From Gammaproteobacteria bacterium (GTDB lineage Bacteria; Pseudomonadota; Gammaproteobacteria; Eutrophobiales; Eutrophobiaceae), in NCBI GenBank assembly GCA_965221455.1, contig OZ244890.1:2142290-2206289 (forward strand): a stretch of 64,000 bases of DNA, given 5' to 3'. Below are positions 42,297 through 56,582 of the stretch, one piece after another. The position numbers and the translations under genes are program-made. The first letter of the stretch is position 1, and each line of letters starts with the position of its first letter. Below the pieces are notes generated by a model that was not told the origin of the DNA, ran no database searches, and was given only the letters and a program-made list of their open reading frames with translations.

Positions 42297-44696
42297 ACCA
42301 CCACAACCCTGACCTACGATGCCCGCAGACGCCTGCTCACCAGAACCATCGACAGCCAAACCACCACCTACACCTACGACGGCATCGGCAACATCACCAA
42401 AACCACCTTGCCGAACGGTTCATTCCTGACATACGAATACGATGCAGCACAACGATTGACAGCGGTACAAGACAATCTGCGCAACCGCATCGAATACACA
42501 CTGGACAAACTGGGCAACAGAACACAAGAAAATGTCAAAGACCCGAGCGGCACCCTGACGCGCACCCTGAGTCGAACCTACAACAGCCTCAATCGATTAA
42601 CCAAAATCACAGGCGGAGCGAATCAAGCCACCACCTTCGCCCATGATACCCATGGCAACCCAACCAGCGTCACAGTAGATGCCATCACCACCACCAATAG
42701 CGCCGGACTCAACCAACAAACAAGCCAGGCCTATGATGCACTGAACCGAATCAGCACCAGCACCGATGCCACCAACGGCATCACCACCTATACCTATGAC
42801 GCCAGAGACAACCTGACCAGCGTCACCGATGCAAAAGGCTACATCACCCGCTATACCTACAGTGGTTTAGACGATCTGACACAACAACAAAGTCCTGACA
42901 CTGGCACCACGCGCTACGGCTATGACAGCGTCGGCAACAGAACCAGCCAGATTGATGCACGGGGCATCAGCAACACCTACAGCTACGACGCCCTGAACCG
43001 ATTAACCAACATCAGCTACCCGGACAGCACCCAAAACGTGACCTACACCTATGACAGCGCAACCGGATGTAACAAAGGCAAAGGCAGACTATGCAAAATG
43101 GCAGATGCCAGTGGCAGCACGACCTACAGCTACGATGCACGAGGCAACCTCAGTAGCCAGACCACGACCATCGGCAGCAACATAAAGACCACCCGTTACA
43201 CCTACAATGGAGCCGACCAACTGACACAAATGACCTATCCGGGTGGGCGAACAGTCGATTACACCCGTAACACACTGGGGCAAATCAGCGGCGTGACCAC
43301 AAAACAAGGCAGTACAGCCAGCGTCACCATCAGCAGCAACATGATCTGGAAACCCTTCGGCCCCATGAGCGGCATGACCTATGGCAACAACCTGGTACAA
43401 AGCAAGACCTACGACCTGGACTACCGCCTGACACAAATTCTCACCACGAACGGCAGCACCCATCAAAACCTGAGCTACACCCACAATGCCGCAGACAACA
43501 TCACCCGCATTGCCGATACCGTTACAAGCAGCCGCAGTCAAACACTGGTCTATGACAAACTCAATCGACTGACCGATGCCACCAGCCACTATGGAGATAT
43601 CGACTATGCCTATGATACGATAGGCAACAGAACCAGAGAAACAAACAATACAGTCGCAGAAACCTACAGCTACAAAATGAATAGCCATCAACTGACCCAA
43701 AAAGGGACGACGACGTACACCCATGCTGCCAATGGCAACATGACCGACAACAGCAGACACACCTTTACCTACGGAGATAACAACCGGCTAAAACACATCA
43801 GTGTCTCTGGCAGCACCATTGCCACCCATACCTACACCTACAATGGACGCGGAGAACGTGTTAAGAAAAGCGGCAACAGCACCACCTACTACCATTACGA
43901 CCCAAGCGGCCAACTCATTGCAGAAACAGATACACTGGGCAACACACAAGTGGAATACATCTACATTGATAGCCGACCGGCAGCGATAGTGAGGAATGGC
44001 ACACTGCATTACATCCACCCAGACCATCTGGGGACACCGCAGAAGATAACCAATCAGACACAAGCGACTGTATGGGAAGCGACGTATACGCCATTTGGTA
44101 AAGCAACGATTACCACGAGTACGATTACCAATAACCTGAGGTTCCCCGGCCAGTATTACGATGTGGAAACGAATCTTCACTACAACATGTTCCGTTATTA
44201 TGACCCTACGTTAGGGCGTTACATCACTTCAGACCCAATCGGATTATTAGGTGGAATCAACACCTATGCTTATGTAGGGCAGAATCCAATCAGGTACATT
44301 GACCCGGATGGGCGGGTATTGGTGCCAGTAGCTACGGGCATAGTCGGCGTTTTTGTCGGCGGTGTTAGTGGAGCGATACAAGGAGGTGTTAAGGGAGCTT
44401 TCAAAGGTGCCATCACTGGCGGTGCTGCGGGTGCATTGGCTGGTGTAGGTTTTGCGGGATTTGTCCCTGCAACGGCGCAACTCACGGGCAGCGGTATTGG
44501 TAGCACCATCGGCGGTATTATCGGCGGTCTTCTTGGTAGTGCTATTACAGGGTTACCTATTGTTGGGGATGCCATCGGTGCACCCTTACCTGGTTCAGGT
44601 AGCCTTGACCCTACGGATGAAGTTACCCGGCAGCAATTCTGTCTGCTGAACCCTAATGCAGTCATATGCCAAGATGAATCAACCGAATGTGAATAA
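41778..44696 (+). CDS. Transposase(OrfB)-Rhs fusion ORF, tip B2
   Basis: As 30556-33432 with a variant tip. Confidence 0.8.
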   Translation: MYLHQTHKLSIRQACLALQLSRSVYRYQPKPRDDTPLIDGLLALLEQYPRFGIKKLFILLRKQGHGWNHKRVYRVYCQLGLNLKRRTKKRLPGRYPQVLAIPASVNQCWSMDFMSDCLYAGRRFRTLNIVDDFNREVLAIEVDLSLTAERVVRVLNRLSEWRGLPQAIRVDNGTTTTLTYDARRRLLTRTIDSQTTTYTYDGIGNITKTTLPNGSFLTYEYDAAQRLTAVQDNLRNRIEYTLDKLGNRTQENVKDPSGTLTRTLSRTYNSLNRLTKITGGANQATTFAHDTHGNPTSVTVDAITTTNSAGLNQQTSQAYDALNRISTSTDATNGITTYTYDARDNLTSVTDAKGYITRYTYSGLDDLTQQQSPDTGTTRYGYDSVGNRTSQIDARGISNTYSYDALNRLTNISYPDSTQNVTYTYDSATGCNKGKGRLCKMADASGSTTYSYDARGNLSSQTTTIGSNIKTTRYTYNGADQLTQMTYPGGRTVDYTRNTLGQISGVTTKQGSTASVTISSNMIWKPFGPMSGMTYGNNLVQSKTYDLDYRLTQILTTNGSTHQNLSYTHNAADNITRIADTVTSSRSQTLVYDKLNRLTDATSHYGDIDYAYDTIGNRTRETNNTVAETYSYKMNSHQLTQKGTTTYTHAANGNMTDNSRHTFTYGDNNRLKHISVSGSTIATHTYTYNGRGERVKKSGNSTTYYHYDPSGQLIAETDTLGNTQVEYIYIDSRPAAIVRNGTLHYIHPDHLGTPQKITNQTQATVWEATYTPFGKATITTSTITNNLRFPGQYYDVETNLHYNMFRYYDPTLGRYITSDPIGLLGGINTYAYVGQNPIRYIDPDGRVLVPVATGIVGVFVGGVSGAIQGGVKGAFKGAITGGAAGALAGVGFAGFVPATAQLTGSGIGSTIGGIIGGLLGSAITGLPIVGDAIGAPLPGSGSLDPTDEVTRQQFCLLNPNAVICQDESTECE

Positions 44697-45030
44697 ACTG
44701 GTCAGCTTTTTTGTCAAAACCGCCTATCTTATTGCTTATTTTAATATCATTATCCACATTGGCTATCTAATTCTTTTTACACTTGGAATGGTCAGTGCAC
44801 CATTAGATGATCCCGCTGTTGTGCAAGCGTCATTTTGGGAAGTGGTCGGATTCTGTTTACTCATACCTTTTTCAGGTTGGTTGCTGTTGCACTGGCGTTA
44901 TGAGGTTGATTTGATGACGATGCAACAAGGCAGCAGTGCCCTCAGTCGCTTTATTTTTGTTTCTATATCGTTGGTGGGCAATGCCTGCTTCATTTATTGG
45001 TTTTTTGATAGAATTGTAGACTGGATTTAG
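44656..45030 (+). CDS. Putative membrane immunity protein B2
   Basis: Variant of 33392-33766. Confidence 0.75.
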   Translation: MQSYAKMNQPNVNKLVSFFVKTAYLIAYFNIIIHIGYLILFTLGMVSAPLDDPAVVQASFWEVVGFCLLIPFSGWLLLHWRYEVDLMTMQQGSSALSRFIFVSISLVGNACFIYWFFDRIVDWI

Positions 45031-45040
45031 TTGTTAATTT

Positions 45041-47506
<2,466 letters not shown>

Positions 47507-47516
<10 letters not shown>

Positions 47517-47848
47517 ATAAATTATGGCAAACCAGAGGTATACAGTGCCTCTATCTCTGGGCTTATACCAATCTGTTTCTGTATATAGTCTATGCTGTGT
47601 CTGTACTTATGGGCTGGGCTACTAAATGGGAAGGCGAGAGTATCTGGTTCATTATTTTCGGTTGTTTTTTTCTACCTTCTTTACCCATTTTTGCCTTATG
47701 GGCACGTAATGAATTTGATTGGGTGACCTTGGAACAAGGCGGGCATGTTGGGCTGTTCAGTCGTGCTATCTGGGTATTACTAGGTGCCTTAGCCTCTGCG
47801 GGCAACACCTATATCTACTGGCGGGATACCTTGCCTTTGTTTAAGTAA
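47507..47848 (+). CDS. Putative membrane immunity protein A2
   Basis: Paralog of 29760-30104. Confidence 0.75.
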
Positions 47849-47886
47849 ATCGTTCTCTGGTTTTGTAACCTTCCCCAACTTAGATA

Positions 47887-48776
47887 TGTAACCCTCCCCA
47901 AAAACAGTCTCATGCAAGATGTTGTGATTTTGTTCATACCAGAGAGAGACAGGAGAACAAAATGCAACCGAAGACATTTAGCGAAAGCCAGATATTCAAG
48001 ATACTGAAAGCAGCAGAAAACGGACGTGCAGTAAAAGATTTATGCTGAGAATATGTGGCATGAGCGATGTGAGTTTTTATCGCTGGCGTTCCAAATATGG
48101 CGGTATGGAATTAGCTGATATCCGCCGCATGAAAGAACTGGAGAAAGAAAACAATCAGCTTAAGAAAATGTTTGCCGATTTGAGCCTGGAGAATACCGCC
48201 CTCAAAGACCTTATCGAAAAAAAGCTCTGAGTGTAGATACCAAAAGAGAAAATATTTTGTATCTTCACCAAACCCACAAGTTGAGTATTCGACAAGCCTG
48301 TTTGGTCTTGCAGTTGAGTCGCTCAGTGTATCGTTATCAGCCCAAACCCAGAGACGATACGCCGCTGATTGATGGGCTATTAGCACTGCTGGAACAATAA
48401 TCCACGTTTTGGGATTAAAAAGCTGTTCATTCTGTTGAGGAAACAAGGCCATGGCTGGAATCATAAGCGCGTGTATCGGGTTTACTGCCAATTGGGACTT
48501 AATCTGAAACGACGCACGAAAAAACGATTGCCTGGTCGGTATCCCCAAGTACTGGCCATCCCGGCATCAGTAAATCAATGCTGGTCGATGGATTTTATGA
48601 GTGATTGTCTCTACGCCGGCCGTCGATTCCGAACACTGAATATTGTCGATGACTTCAACCGAGAAGTCCTGGCCATTGAAGTTGACTTGAGTTTAACGGC
48701 TGAACGCGTGGTGCGTGTGCTGAATCGACTCAGTGAATGGCGTGGCTTACCTCAAGCGATTCGTGTTGATAATGGC
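47887..48776 (+). mobile_element. IS407-like copy 3, degenerate and fused to Rhs
   Basis: TGA plus a 2-bp insertion in orfA; 1-bp insertion in orfB; same junction. Confidence 0.85.
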
Positions 48777-51167
48777 ACCACCACAACCCTGACCTACGAT
48801 GCCCGCAGACGCCTGCTCACCAGAACCATCGACAGCCAAACCACCACCTACACCTACGACGGCATCGGCAACATCACCAAAACCACCTTGCCGCACGGTT
48901 CATTCCTGACATACGAATACGATGCAGCACAACGATTGACAGCGGTACAAGACAATCTGCGTAACCGCATCGAATACACACTGGACAAACTGGGCAACAG
49001 AACACAAGAAAATGTCAAAGACCCGAGCGGCACCCTGACGCGCACCCTGAGTCGAACCTACAACAGCCTCAATCGATTAACCAAAATCACAGGCGGAGCG
49101 AATCAAGCCACCACCTTCGCCCATGATACCCATGGCAACCCAACCAGCGTCACAGTAGATGCCATCACCACCACCAATAGCGCCGGACTCAACCAACAAA
49201 CAAGCCAGGCCTATGATGCACTGAACCGAATCAGCACCAGCACCGATGCCACCAACGGCATCACCACCTATACCTATGACGCCAGAGACAACCTGACCAG
49301 CGTCACCGATGCAAAAGGCTACATCACCCGCTATACCTACAGTGGTTTAGACGATCTGACACAACAACAAAGTCCGGACACTGGCACCACGCGCTACGGC
49401 TATGACAGCGTCGGCAACAGAACCAGCCAGATTGATGCACGGGGCATCAGCAACACCTACAGCTACGACGCCCTGAACCGATTAACCAACATCAGCTACC
49501 CGGACAGCACCCAAAACGTGACCTACACCTATGACAGCGCAACCGGATGTAACAAAGGCAAAGGCAGACTATGCAAAATGGCAGATGCCAGTGGCAGCAC
49601 GACCTACAGCTACGATGCACGAGGCAACCTCAGTAGCCAGACCACGACCATCGGCAGCAACATAAAGACCACCCGTTACACCTACAATGGAGCCGACCAA
49701 CTGACACAAATGACCTATCCGGGAGGGCGAACAGTCGATTACACCCGTAACACACTGGGGCAAATCAGCGGCGTGACCACAAAACAAGGCAGTACAGCCA
49801 GCGTCACCATCAGCAGCAACATGACCTGGAAACCCTTCGGCCCCATGAGCGGCATGACCTATGGCAACAACCTGGTACAAAGCAAGACCTACGACCTGGA
49901 CTACCGCCTGACACAAATTCTCACCACGAACGGCAGCACCCATCAAAACCTGAGTTACACCCACAATGCCGCAGACAACATCACCCGCATTGCCGATACC
50001 GTTACAAGCAGCCGCAGTCAAACACTGGTCTATGACAAACTCAATCGACTGACCGATGCCACCAGCCACTATGGAGATATCGACTATGCCTATGATACGA
50101 TAGGCAACAGAACCAGAGAAACAAACAATACAGTCGCAGAAACCTACAGCTATAAAATGAATAGCCATCAACTGACCCAAAAAGGGACGACGACGTACAC
50201 CCATGCTGCCAATGGCAACATGACCGACAACAGCAGACACACCTTTACCTACGGAGATAACAACCGGCTAAAACACATCAGTGTCTCTGGCAGCACCATT
50301 GCCACCCATACCTACACCTACAATGGACGCGGAGAACGTGTTAAGAAAAGCGGCAACAGCACCACCTACTACCATTACGACCCAAGCGGCCAACTCATTG
50401 CAGAAACAGATACACTGGGCAACACACAAGTGGAATACATCTACATTGATAGCCAACCGGCAGCGATAGTGAGGAATGGCACACTGCATTACATCCACCC
50501 AGACCATCTGGGGACACCGCAGAAGATAACCAATCAGACACAAGCGACTGTATGGGAAGCGACGTATACGCCGTTTGGGAAAGCGACGATAACCACTAGT
50601 ACGATTACCAATAACCTGAGGTTCCCCGGCCAGTATTACGATCAGGAAACCAATCTCCATGACAACCACTTTAGATATTACGATCCGACAATAGGCAGAT
50701 ATATCACCTCTGACCCTATCGGTCTCATCGCTGGATTGAATACTTATAGTTATGTCAATCAGAATCCTGTTAGTTATTATGACCCCACTGGCCTGATTTG
50801 TGGCACAGGGGCTTGTGTATTTGGGGCAACTTTTGGTGTCGGTACAGTAACAGCGATTGCCCACGGTATCAGCGCAGCAATTAGTGGGGGTGATATTGCT
50901 AGTGCTACCTTCGGCGGTTTTGCGTTTGGTGCTGGAGCAACGCTAACGGGTATATTGAGTGGCGGCTCCGCTATTGCCACAGGTCTTGGAGTCGGTGTTG
51001 GTTTGGGGATTGATGCAGCAATTACAAGTGGCTCTGTTATAGATATGTTGGTACCTGATGCTGGAGCCAGTTCACTTGACCCAGTGAATGAGCAGATACA
51101 ACGTCAATTCTGCTTACTGCATCCTGACGCCCCCAACTGTCGGGAAGAAGTCAACGAGTGTCGTTAG
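48435..51167 (+). CDS. Transposase-remnant-Rhs fusion ORF, tip C2
   Basis: DPTG-LICGTGAC...QFCLLHPDAPNCREEVNECR. Confidence 0.78.
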   Translation: MRKQGHGWNHKRVYRVYCQLGLNLKRRTKKRLPGRYPQVLAIPASVNQCWSMDFMSDCLYAGRRFRTLNIVDDFNREVLAIEVDLSLTAERVVRVLNRLSEWRGLPQAIRVDNGTTTTLTYDARRRLLTRTIDSQTTTYTYDGIGNITKTTLPHGSFLTYEYDAAQRLTAVQDNLRNRIEYTLDKLGNRTQENVKDPSGTLTRTLSRTYNSLNRLTKITGGANQATTFAHDTHGNPTSVTVDAITTTNSAGLNQQTSQAYDALNRISTSTDATNGITTYTYDARDNLTSVTDAKGYITRYTYSGLDDLTQQQSPDTGTTRYGYDSVGNRTSQIDARGISNTYSYDALNRLTNISYPDSTQNVTYTYDSATGCNKGKGRLCKMADASGSTTYSYDARGNLSSQTTTIGSNIKTTRYTYNGADQLTQMTYPGGRTVDYTRNTLGQISGVTTKQGSTASVTISSNMTWKPFGPMSGMTYGNNLVQSKTYDLDYRLTQILTTNGSTHQNLSYTHNAADNITRIADTVTSSRSQTLVYDKLNRLTDATSHYGDIDYAYDTIGNRTRETNNTVAETYSYKMNSHQLTQKGTTTYTHAANGNMTDNSRHTFTYGDNNRLKHISVSGSTIATHTYTYNGRGERVKKSGNSTTYYHYDPSGQLIAETDTLGNTQVEYIYIDSQPAAIVRNGTLHYIHPDHLGTPQKITNQTQATVWEATYTPFGKATITTSTITNNLRFPGQYYDQETNLHDNHFRYYDPTIGRYITSDPIGLIAGLNTYSYVNQNPVSYYDPTGLICGTGACVFGATFGVGTVTAIAHGISAAISGGDIASATFGGFAFGAGATLTGILSGGSAIATGLGVGVGLGIDAAITSGSVIDMLVPDAGASSLDPVNEQIQRQFCLLHPDAPNCREEVNECR

Positions 51168-51191
51168 ATTAAGTTTTTGAAATAAACGGCA

Positions 51192-51512
51192 ATGCTGAAG
51201 CAGATATTACACTTCTTTTTTAGTGAGAGTTGGCTCAATCATCGGATAGTTGCAGCAATCGGTTTGGGTTTATCTATTTGGGTTTTGTATTATGGTGAGT
51301 ACATTGAGCCACCATCACAACCTTCTAAATACCCGTTTCCCTTTCTTGTTTTGTCTGCATTTGCGGCGTTTAGTATGCCTGTGTATCTCATAGAACACCA
51401 TGACGAAAAGTGGCAGCTTTTTATGGGATATATAGGTTTATGCGTTTGGTTCTTAATTTCACTAACATTGACAATAGATCCCAATCTTAACTGGCTCAGG
51501 CAAAATCTATAA
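51192..51512 (+). CDS. Putative membrane immunity protein C2
   Basis: Paralog of 41054. Confidence 0.78.
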   Translation: MLKQILHFFFSESWLNHRIVAAIGLGLSIWVLYYGEYIEPPSQPSKYPFPFLVLSAFAAFSMPVYLIEHHDEKWQLFMGYIGLCVWFLISLTLTIDPNLNWLRQNL

Positions 51513-51513
51513 A

Positions 51514-52038
51514 TTTCCCGGCCAGTATTACGATGTGGAAACGAATCTGCACTACAACTACTTCCGTTATTACGATCCATTAATAGGACGATACATCACA
51601 AGTGACCCGATAGGACTCAATGGTGGTATGAATACCTATGGTTATGCACTTCAAAATCCAATCAGTTATTACGACCCGGATGGTAGAGTTACCAATCTTG
51701 CTATTGGGTGTGCTATCGGTGCTAGTATTACAATTGTCTCATCAGGTTTTGATGATTTTCCCTTGATCGCATTAAATTGTGCAGTGGGTAGTCTCGGTTT
51801 AATTGGTAGAAACCCCGCAACTAGGGGCGGCATATTAGCGCGTATACAGGCAGGGTTATCATCATCTGCCGCTACGGGTCTCGCAAATGCTCCTAATGTC
51901 ATGGCTGAACCTGCGCCTGTTCCACCCCCCAATTATGGCAGCCTTGCCCCGACAGACAAAGAAACTCAAAGGCAGTTCTGTTTAATAAACCCTGATGCCC
52001 CGAATTGCCAAGATGATGAGCCTGACGAATGCCAGTAG
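51514..52038 (+). CDS. Minimal orphan Rhs cassette, tip D
   Basis: Begins at TTTCCCGGCCAGTATTACGAT (FPGQYYD) right after the previous stop; DPDG; Cys tail. Confidence 0.78.
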   Translation, partial: FPGQYYDVETNLHYNYFRYYDPLIGRYITSDPIGLNGGMNTYGYALQNPISYYDPDGRVTNLAIGCAIGASITIVSSGFDDFPLIALNCAVGSLGLIGRNPATRGGILARIQAGLSSSAATGLANAPNVMAEPAPVPPPNYGSLAPTDKETQRQFCLINPDAPNCQDDEPDECQ

Positions 52039-52411
52039 TAGTCAATCATCAGGCTTGAAATGGTTCAGTAGACTTATCTACTTATTGACTGTGATCAATG
52101 CCGTTTTTTCATCGATCTATTTTTATGAATTATCAAAACTCAGTGAAGCGGCATTAAGGGCACACCCACACGGTAGTAGAAATAGTTTTGGTTTGTGGGG
52201 TGATTATTTTGTGCTTCTCATTCTTTTAGTATTGTTGCCTATCTATATTCATAGGAACAGACATGAATTCAAATATGAGATGGCGGAACACTTCCAGTTA
52301 GAGAAAGAGTTACATATAAAAATATGTGGCTTGCTTCTTTGTGATGCCTTGCCACTTGCAATATCTGTTGTAGTGCTGCTAAGGATATACGGTAATTACT
52401 CTTTAATTTAG
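51995..52411 (+). CDS. Putative membrane immunity protein D
   Basis: 3 TM segments; overlaps the tip end. Confidence 0.72.
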   Translation: MPRIAKMMSLTNASSSQSSGLKWFSRLIYLLTVINAVFSSIYFYELSKLSEAALRAHPHGSRNSFGLWGDYFVLLILLVLLPIYIHRNRHEFKYEMAEHFQLEKELHIKICGLLLCDALPLAISVVVLLRIYGNYSLI

Positions 52412-52426
52412 GCGCGGTTATTTAGT

Positions 52427-52532
52427 TGTAACCCTCCCCAAAAATAGTCCCATGCAAAGCGTCGTGATTTTGTTTGCACTAACAAGAGACAGGAGCACAA
52501 AATGCAATCGAAAACCTTTAGTGAAAGTCAGA
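52427..52532 (+). mobile_element. IS left-end fragment capping an Rhs core (copy of 38583-38688)
   Basis: Same sequence and Rhs junction, different upstream flank. Confidence 0.8.
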
Positions 52533-52635
52533 CAGCCAAACCACCACCTACACCTACGACGGCATCGGCAACATCACCAAAACCACCCTGCCGAACGGTT
52601 CATTCCTGACATACGAATACGATGCAGCACAACGA

Positions 52636-54867
52636 TTGACAGCGGTACAAGACAATCTGCGCAACCGCATCGAATACACACTGGACAAACTGGGCAACAG
52701 AACACAAGAAAATGTCAAAGACCCGAGCGGCACCCTGACGCGCACCCTGAGTCGAACCTACAACAGCCTCAATCGATTAACCAAAATCACAGGCGGAGCG
52801 AATCAAGCCACCACCTTCGCCCATGATACCCATGGCAACCCAACCAGCGTCACAGTAGATGCCATCACCACCACCAATAGCGCCGGACTCAACCAACAAA
52901 CAAGCCAGGCCTATGATGCACTGAACCGAATCAGCACCAGCACCGATGCCACCAACGGCATCACCACCTATACCTATGACGCCAGAGACAACCTGACCAG
53001 CGTCACCGATGCAAAAGGCTACATCACCCGCTATACCTACAGTGGTTTAGACGATCTGACACAACAACAAAGTCCTGACACTGGCACCACGCGCTACGGC
53101 TATGACAGCGTCGGCAACAGAACCAGCCAGATTGATGCACGGGGCATCAGCAACACCTACAGCTACGACGCCCTGAACCGATTAACCAACATCAGCTACC
53201 CGGACAGCACCCAAAACGTGACCTACACCTATGACAGCGCAACCGGATGTAACAAAGGCAAAGGCAGACTATGCAAAATGGCAGATGCCAGTGGCAGCAC
53301 GACCTACAGCTACGATGCACGAGGCAACCTCAGTAGCCAGACCACGACCATCGGCAGCAACATAAAGACCACCCGTTACACCTACAATGGAGCCGACCAA
53401 CTGACACAAATGACCTATCCGGGTGGGCGAACAGTCGATTACACCCGTAACACACTGGGGCAAATCAGCGGCGTGACCACAAAACAAGGCAGTACAGCCA
53501 GCGTCACCATCAGCAGCAACATGATCTGGAAACCCTTCGGCCCCATGAGCGGCATGACCTATGGCAACAACCTGGTACAAAGCAAGACCTACGACCTGGA
53601 CTACCGCCTGACACAAATTCTCACCACGAACGGCAGCACCCATCAAAACCTGAGCTACACCCACAATGCCGCAGACAACATCACCCGCATTGCCGATACC
53701 GTTACAAGCAGCCGCAGTCAAACACTGGTCTATGACAAACTCAATCGACTGACCGATGCCACCAGCCACTATGGAGATATCGACTATGCCTATGATACGA
53801 TAGGCAACAGAACCAGAGAAACAAACAATACAGTCGCAGAAACCTACAGCTACAAAATGAATAGCCATCAACTGACCCAAAAAGGGACGACGACGTACAC
53901 CCATGCTGCCAATGGCAACATGACCGACAACAGCAGACACACCTTTACCTACGGAGATAACAACCGGCTAAAACACATCAGTGTCTCTGGCAGCACCATT
54001 GCCACCCATACCTACACCTACAATGGACGCGGAGAACGTGTTAAGAAAAGCGGCAACAGCACCACCTACTACCATTACGACCCAAGCGGCCAACTCATTG
54101 CAGAAACAGATACACTGGGCAACACACAAGTGGAATACATCTACATTGATAGCCAACCGGCAGCGATAGTGAGGAATGGCACACTGCATTACATCCACCC
54201 AGACCATCTGGGGACACCGCAGAAGATAACCAATCAGACACAAGCGACTGTATGGGAAGCGACGTATACGCCGTTTGGGAAAGCAACGATTACCACTAGT
54301 ACGATTACCAATAACCTGAGGTTCCCCGGCCAGTATTACGATAGGGAAACAGACTTACACTACAACTACTATCGTTATTATGATCCGCAGTTAGGACGGT
54401 ATATCACCTCGGACCCAATCGGTTTAATTGGTGGCATTAGTACCTATGCTTATGTCAGTAATAATCCGATTACTGGTACTGACCCTACAGGCTTGATTTG
54501 TGGCACAGGGGCTTGTGTGTTTGGCGCAACTATTGGTGTAGGTATAATAACGGCAGCGGCCCACGGTATCAGCGCAGCAATTAATGGAGGTGATATTCGT
54601 AGTGCTACTTTTGGCGGTTTTGGGTTTGGCGCGGGTGCCACCCTGGTCGGGATTGTTGGTGGTGGTTCTGCTATTGCCACAGCCCTTGGCATAGGCATTG
54701 GGCTTGGGATTGATGCGGCAATTACAGGTGGCTCTATTGCAGATATGTTGGTACCTGATGCTGGAGCCAGTTCACTTGACCCTGTTGATGAAGTCACACA
54801 ACGTCAATTCTGCTTACAGAACCCTGATGCCCCGAATTGCCAAGAAGAAGTCAACGAGTGCCAGTAG
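52636..54867 (+). CDS. Truncated Rhs core with tip C3
   Basis: DPTG-LICGTGAC...[20 protein letters not shown]. Confidence 0.8.
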   Translation: MTAVQDNLRNRIEYTLDKLGNRTQENVKDPSGTLTRTLSRTYNSLNRLTKITGGANQATTFAHDTHGNPTSVTVDAITTTNSAGLNQQTSQAYDALNRISTSTDATNGITTYTYDARDNLTSVTDAKGYITRYTYSGLDDLTQQQSPDTGTTRYGYDSVGNRTSQIDARGISNTYSYDALNRLTNISYPDSTQNVTYTYDSATGCNKGKGRLCKMADASGSTTYSYDARGNLSSQTTTIGSNIKTTRYTYNGADQLTQMTYPGGRTVDYTRNTLGQISGVTTKQGSTASVTISSNMIWKPFGPMSGMTYGNNLVQSKTYDLDYRLTQILTTNGSTHQNLSYTHNAADNITRIADTVTSSRSQTLVYDKLNRLTDATSHYGDIDYAYDTIGNRTRETNNTVAETYSYKMNSHQLTQKGTTTYTHAANGNMTDNSRHTFTYGDNNRLKHISVSGSTIATHTYTYNGRGERVKKSGNSTTYYHYDPSGQLIAETDTLGNTQVEYIYIDSQPAAIVRNGTLHYIHPDHLGTPQKITNQTQATVWEATYTPFGKATITTSTITNNLRFPGQYYDRETDLHYNYYRYYDPQLGRYITSDPIGLIGGISTYAYVSNNPITGTDPTGLICGTGACVFGATIGVGIITAAAHGISAAINGGDIRSATFGGFGFGAGATLVGIVGGGSAIATALGIGIGLGIDAAITGGSIADMLVPDAGASSLDPVDEVTQRQFCLQNPDAPNCQEEVNECQ

Positions 54868-54890
54868 ATAAGTATTTGAGATAAACGCCA

Positions 54891-55199
54891 ATGCTGAAGA
54901 AGATATCACACTTCTTTTTTGGTGAGAGTTGGATCAATCATCGTATTGTTGCAGTGATCGGTCTAGGTTTGTCCATTTGGGGTTTGTATTACGGTGCGTA
55001 CATTGAACCATCATCACAGCCTTCTAAATACCCGTTTCCCTTTCTTGTTTTGTCTGCGTTTGCAGCGTTTAGTATGCCTGTATATCTCATAGAACATCAT
55101 GATGAAAAGTGGCAGCTTTTTATGGGGTATGCTGGTTTATGTTTTTGGTTTTTAATTGCAATGATACTAAGCCCACCATTTCTTGCGAAAATTACTTAG
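54891..55199 (+). CDS. Putative membrane immunity protein C3
   Basis: Mosaic paralog of 41054 and 51192. Confidence 0.78.
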   Translation: MLKKISHFFFGESWINHRIVAVIGLGLSIWGLYYGAYIEPSSQPSKYPFPFLVLSAFAAFSMPVYLIEHHDEKWQLFMGYAGLCFWFLIAMILSPPFLAKIT

Positions 55200-55270
55200 C
55201 CTTGGAAGACCAGTTTTTTGCCTCATACTTAATAATCATCCATTCTAATAACTGTTTAATTGTAACTCCA

Positions 55271-55354
55271 CTGACCAGCGTCACCGACGCCAAAGGACTC
55301 ATCACCCGCTACACCTACAGTGGTTTAGACAATCTGACACAACAACAAAGTCCG
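55271..55354 (+). pseudogene. Short diverged Rhs core fragment
   Basis: LTSVTDAKGLITRYTYSGLDNLTQQQSP, with several SNPs relative to the seven long cores. Confidence 0.75.
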
Positions 55355-56554
55355 TGTAACCCTCCCAAAAAACAGTCTCATGCAAGATGTTGTGATTTTG
55401 TTCATACTAGAGAGAGACAGGAGAACAAAATGCAACCGAAGACATTTAGCGAAAGCCAGATATTCAAGATACTGAAAGCAGCAGAAAACGGACGTGCATT
55501 AAAAGATTTATGCTGAGAATATGGCATGAGCGATGTGAGTTTTTATCGCTGGCGTTCCAAATATGGCGGTATGGAATTAGCTGATATCCGCCGCATGAAA
55601 GAACTGGAGAAAGAAAACAATCAGCTTAAGAAAATGTTTGCCGATTTGAGCCTGGAGAATACCGCCCTCAAAGATCTTATCGAAAAAAAGCTCTGAGTGT
55701 AGATACCAAAAGAGAAAATATTTTGTATCTTCACCAAACCCACAAGTTGAGTATTCGGCAAGCCTGTTTGGCCTTGCAGTTGAGTCGCTCAGTGTATCGT
55801 TATCAGCCCAAACCCAGAGACGATACGCCGCTGATTGATGGGCTATTAGCACTGCTGGAACAATATCCACGTTTTGGGATTAAAAAGCTGTTCATTCTGT
55901 TGAGGAAACAAGGCCATGGCTGGAATCATAAGCGCGTGTATCGGGTTTACTGCCAATTGGGACTTAATCTGAAACGGCGCACGAAAAAACGATTGCCTGG
56001 TCGGTATCCCCAAGTACTGGCCATCCCGGCATCAGTAAATCAATGCTGGTCGATGGATTTTATGAGTGATTGTCTCTACGCCGGCCGTCGATTCCGAACA
56101 CTGAATATTGTCGATGACTTCAACCGAGAAGTCCTGGCCATTGAAGTTGACTTGAGTTTAACGGCTGAACGCGTGGTGCGTGTGCTGAATCGACTCAGTG
56201 AATGGCGTGGCTTACCTCAAGCGATTCGTGTCGATAATGGCCCAGAATTCATCTCATGTGCTTTAGCTGATTGGGCAGATGACCATGAAGTTGAACTCAA
56301 ATTCATTCAGCCGGGCAAACCCACACAGAATGCTTATATAGAACGATTCAACCGGAGTTTTAGAACCGGGGTACTGGATTATTATATGTTTGATTCACTT
56401 AACCAGGTCAGAGAAATCGTTCACCAATGGATGATCCAATACAACGAGCAACGGCCTCATGAGGCTTTAAATAATTTAACACCGATGGAATTTTTACAAC
56501 AATTTAATGCAAAATCACGACAGAATGAATGGATCTAATTGAGGGAGGGTTACA
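55355..56554 (+). mobile_element. Full-length IS407-like element (1200 bp), copy 4
   Basis: TGTAACCCTCCC...GGGAGGGTTACA; orfB 55723-56538 with complete DDE; orfA has TGA. Confidence 0.92.
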
Positions 56555-56582
56555 AATTTCATCTGGATTTCCTGTTAGTTTC

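Noticed and set aside
55109-55516. 135-aa ORF
   Set aside because: Fortuitous read-through of spacer, Rhs fragment and the IS orfA start.
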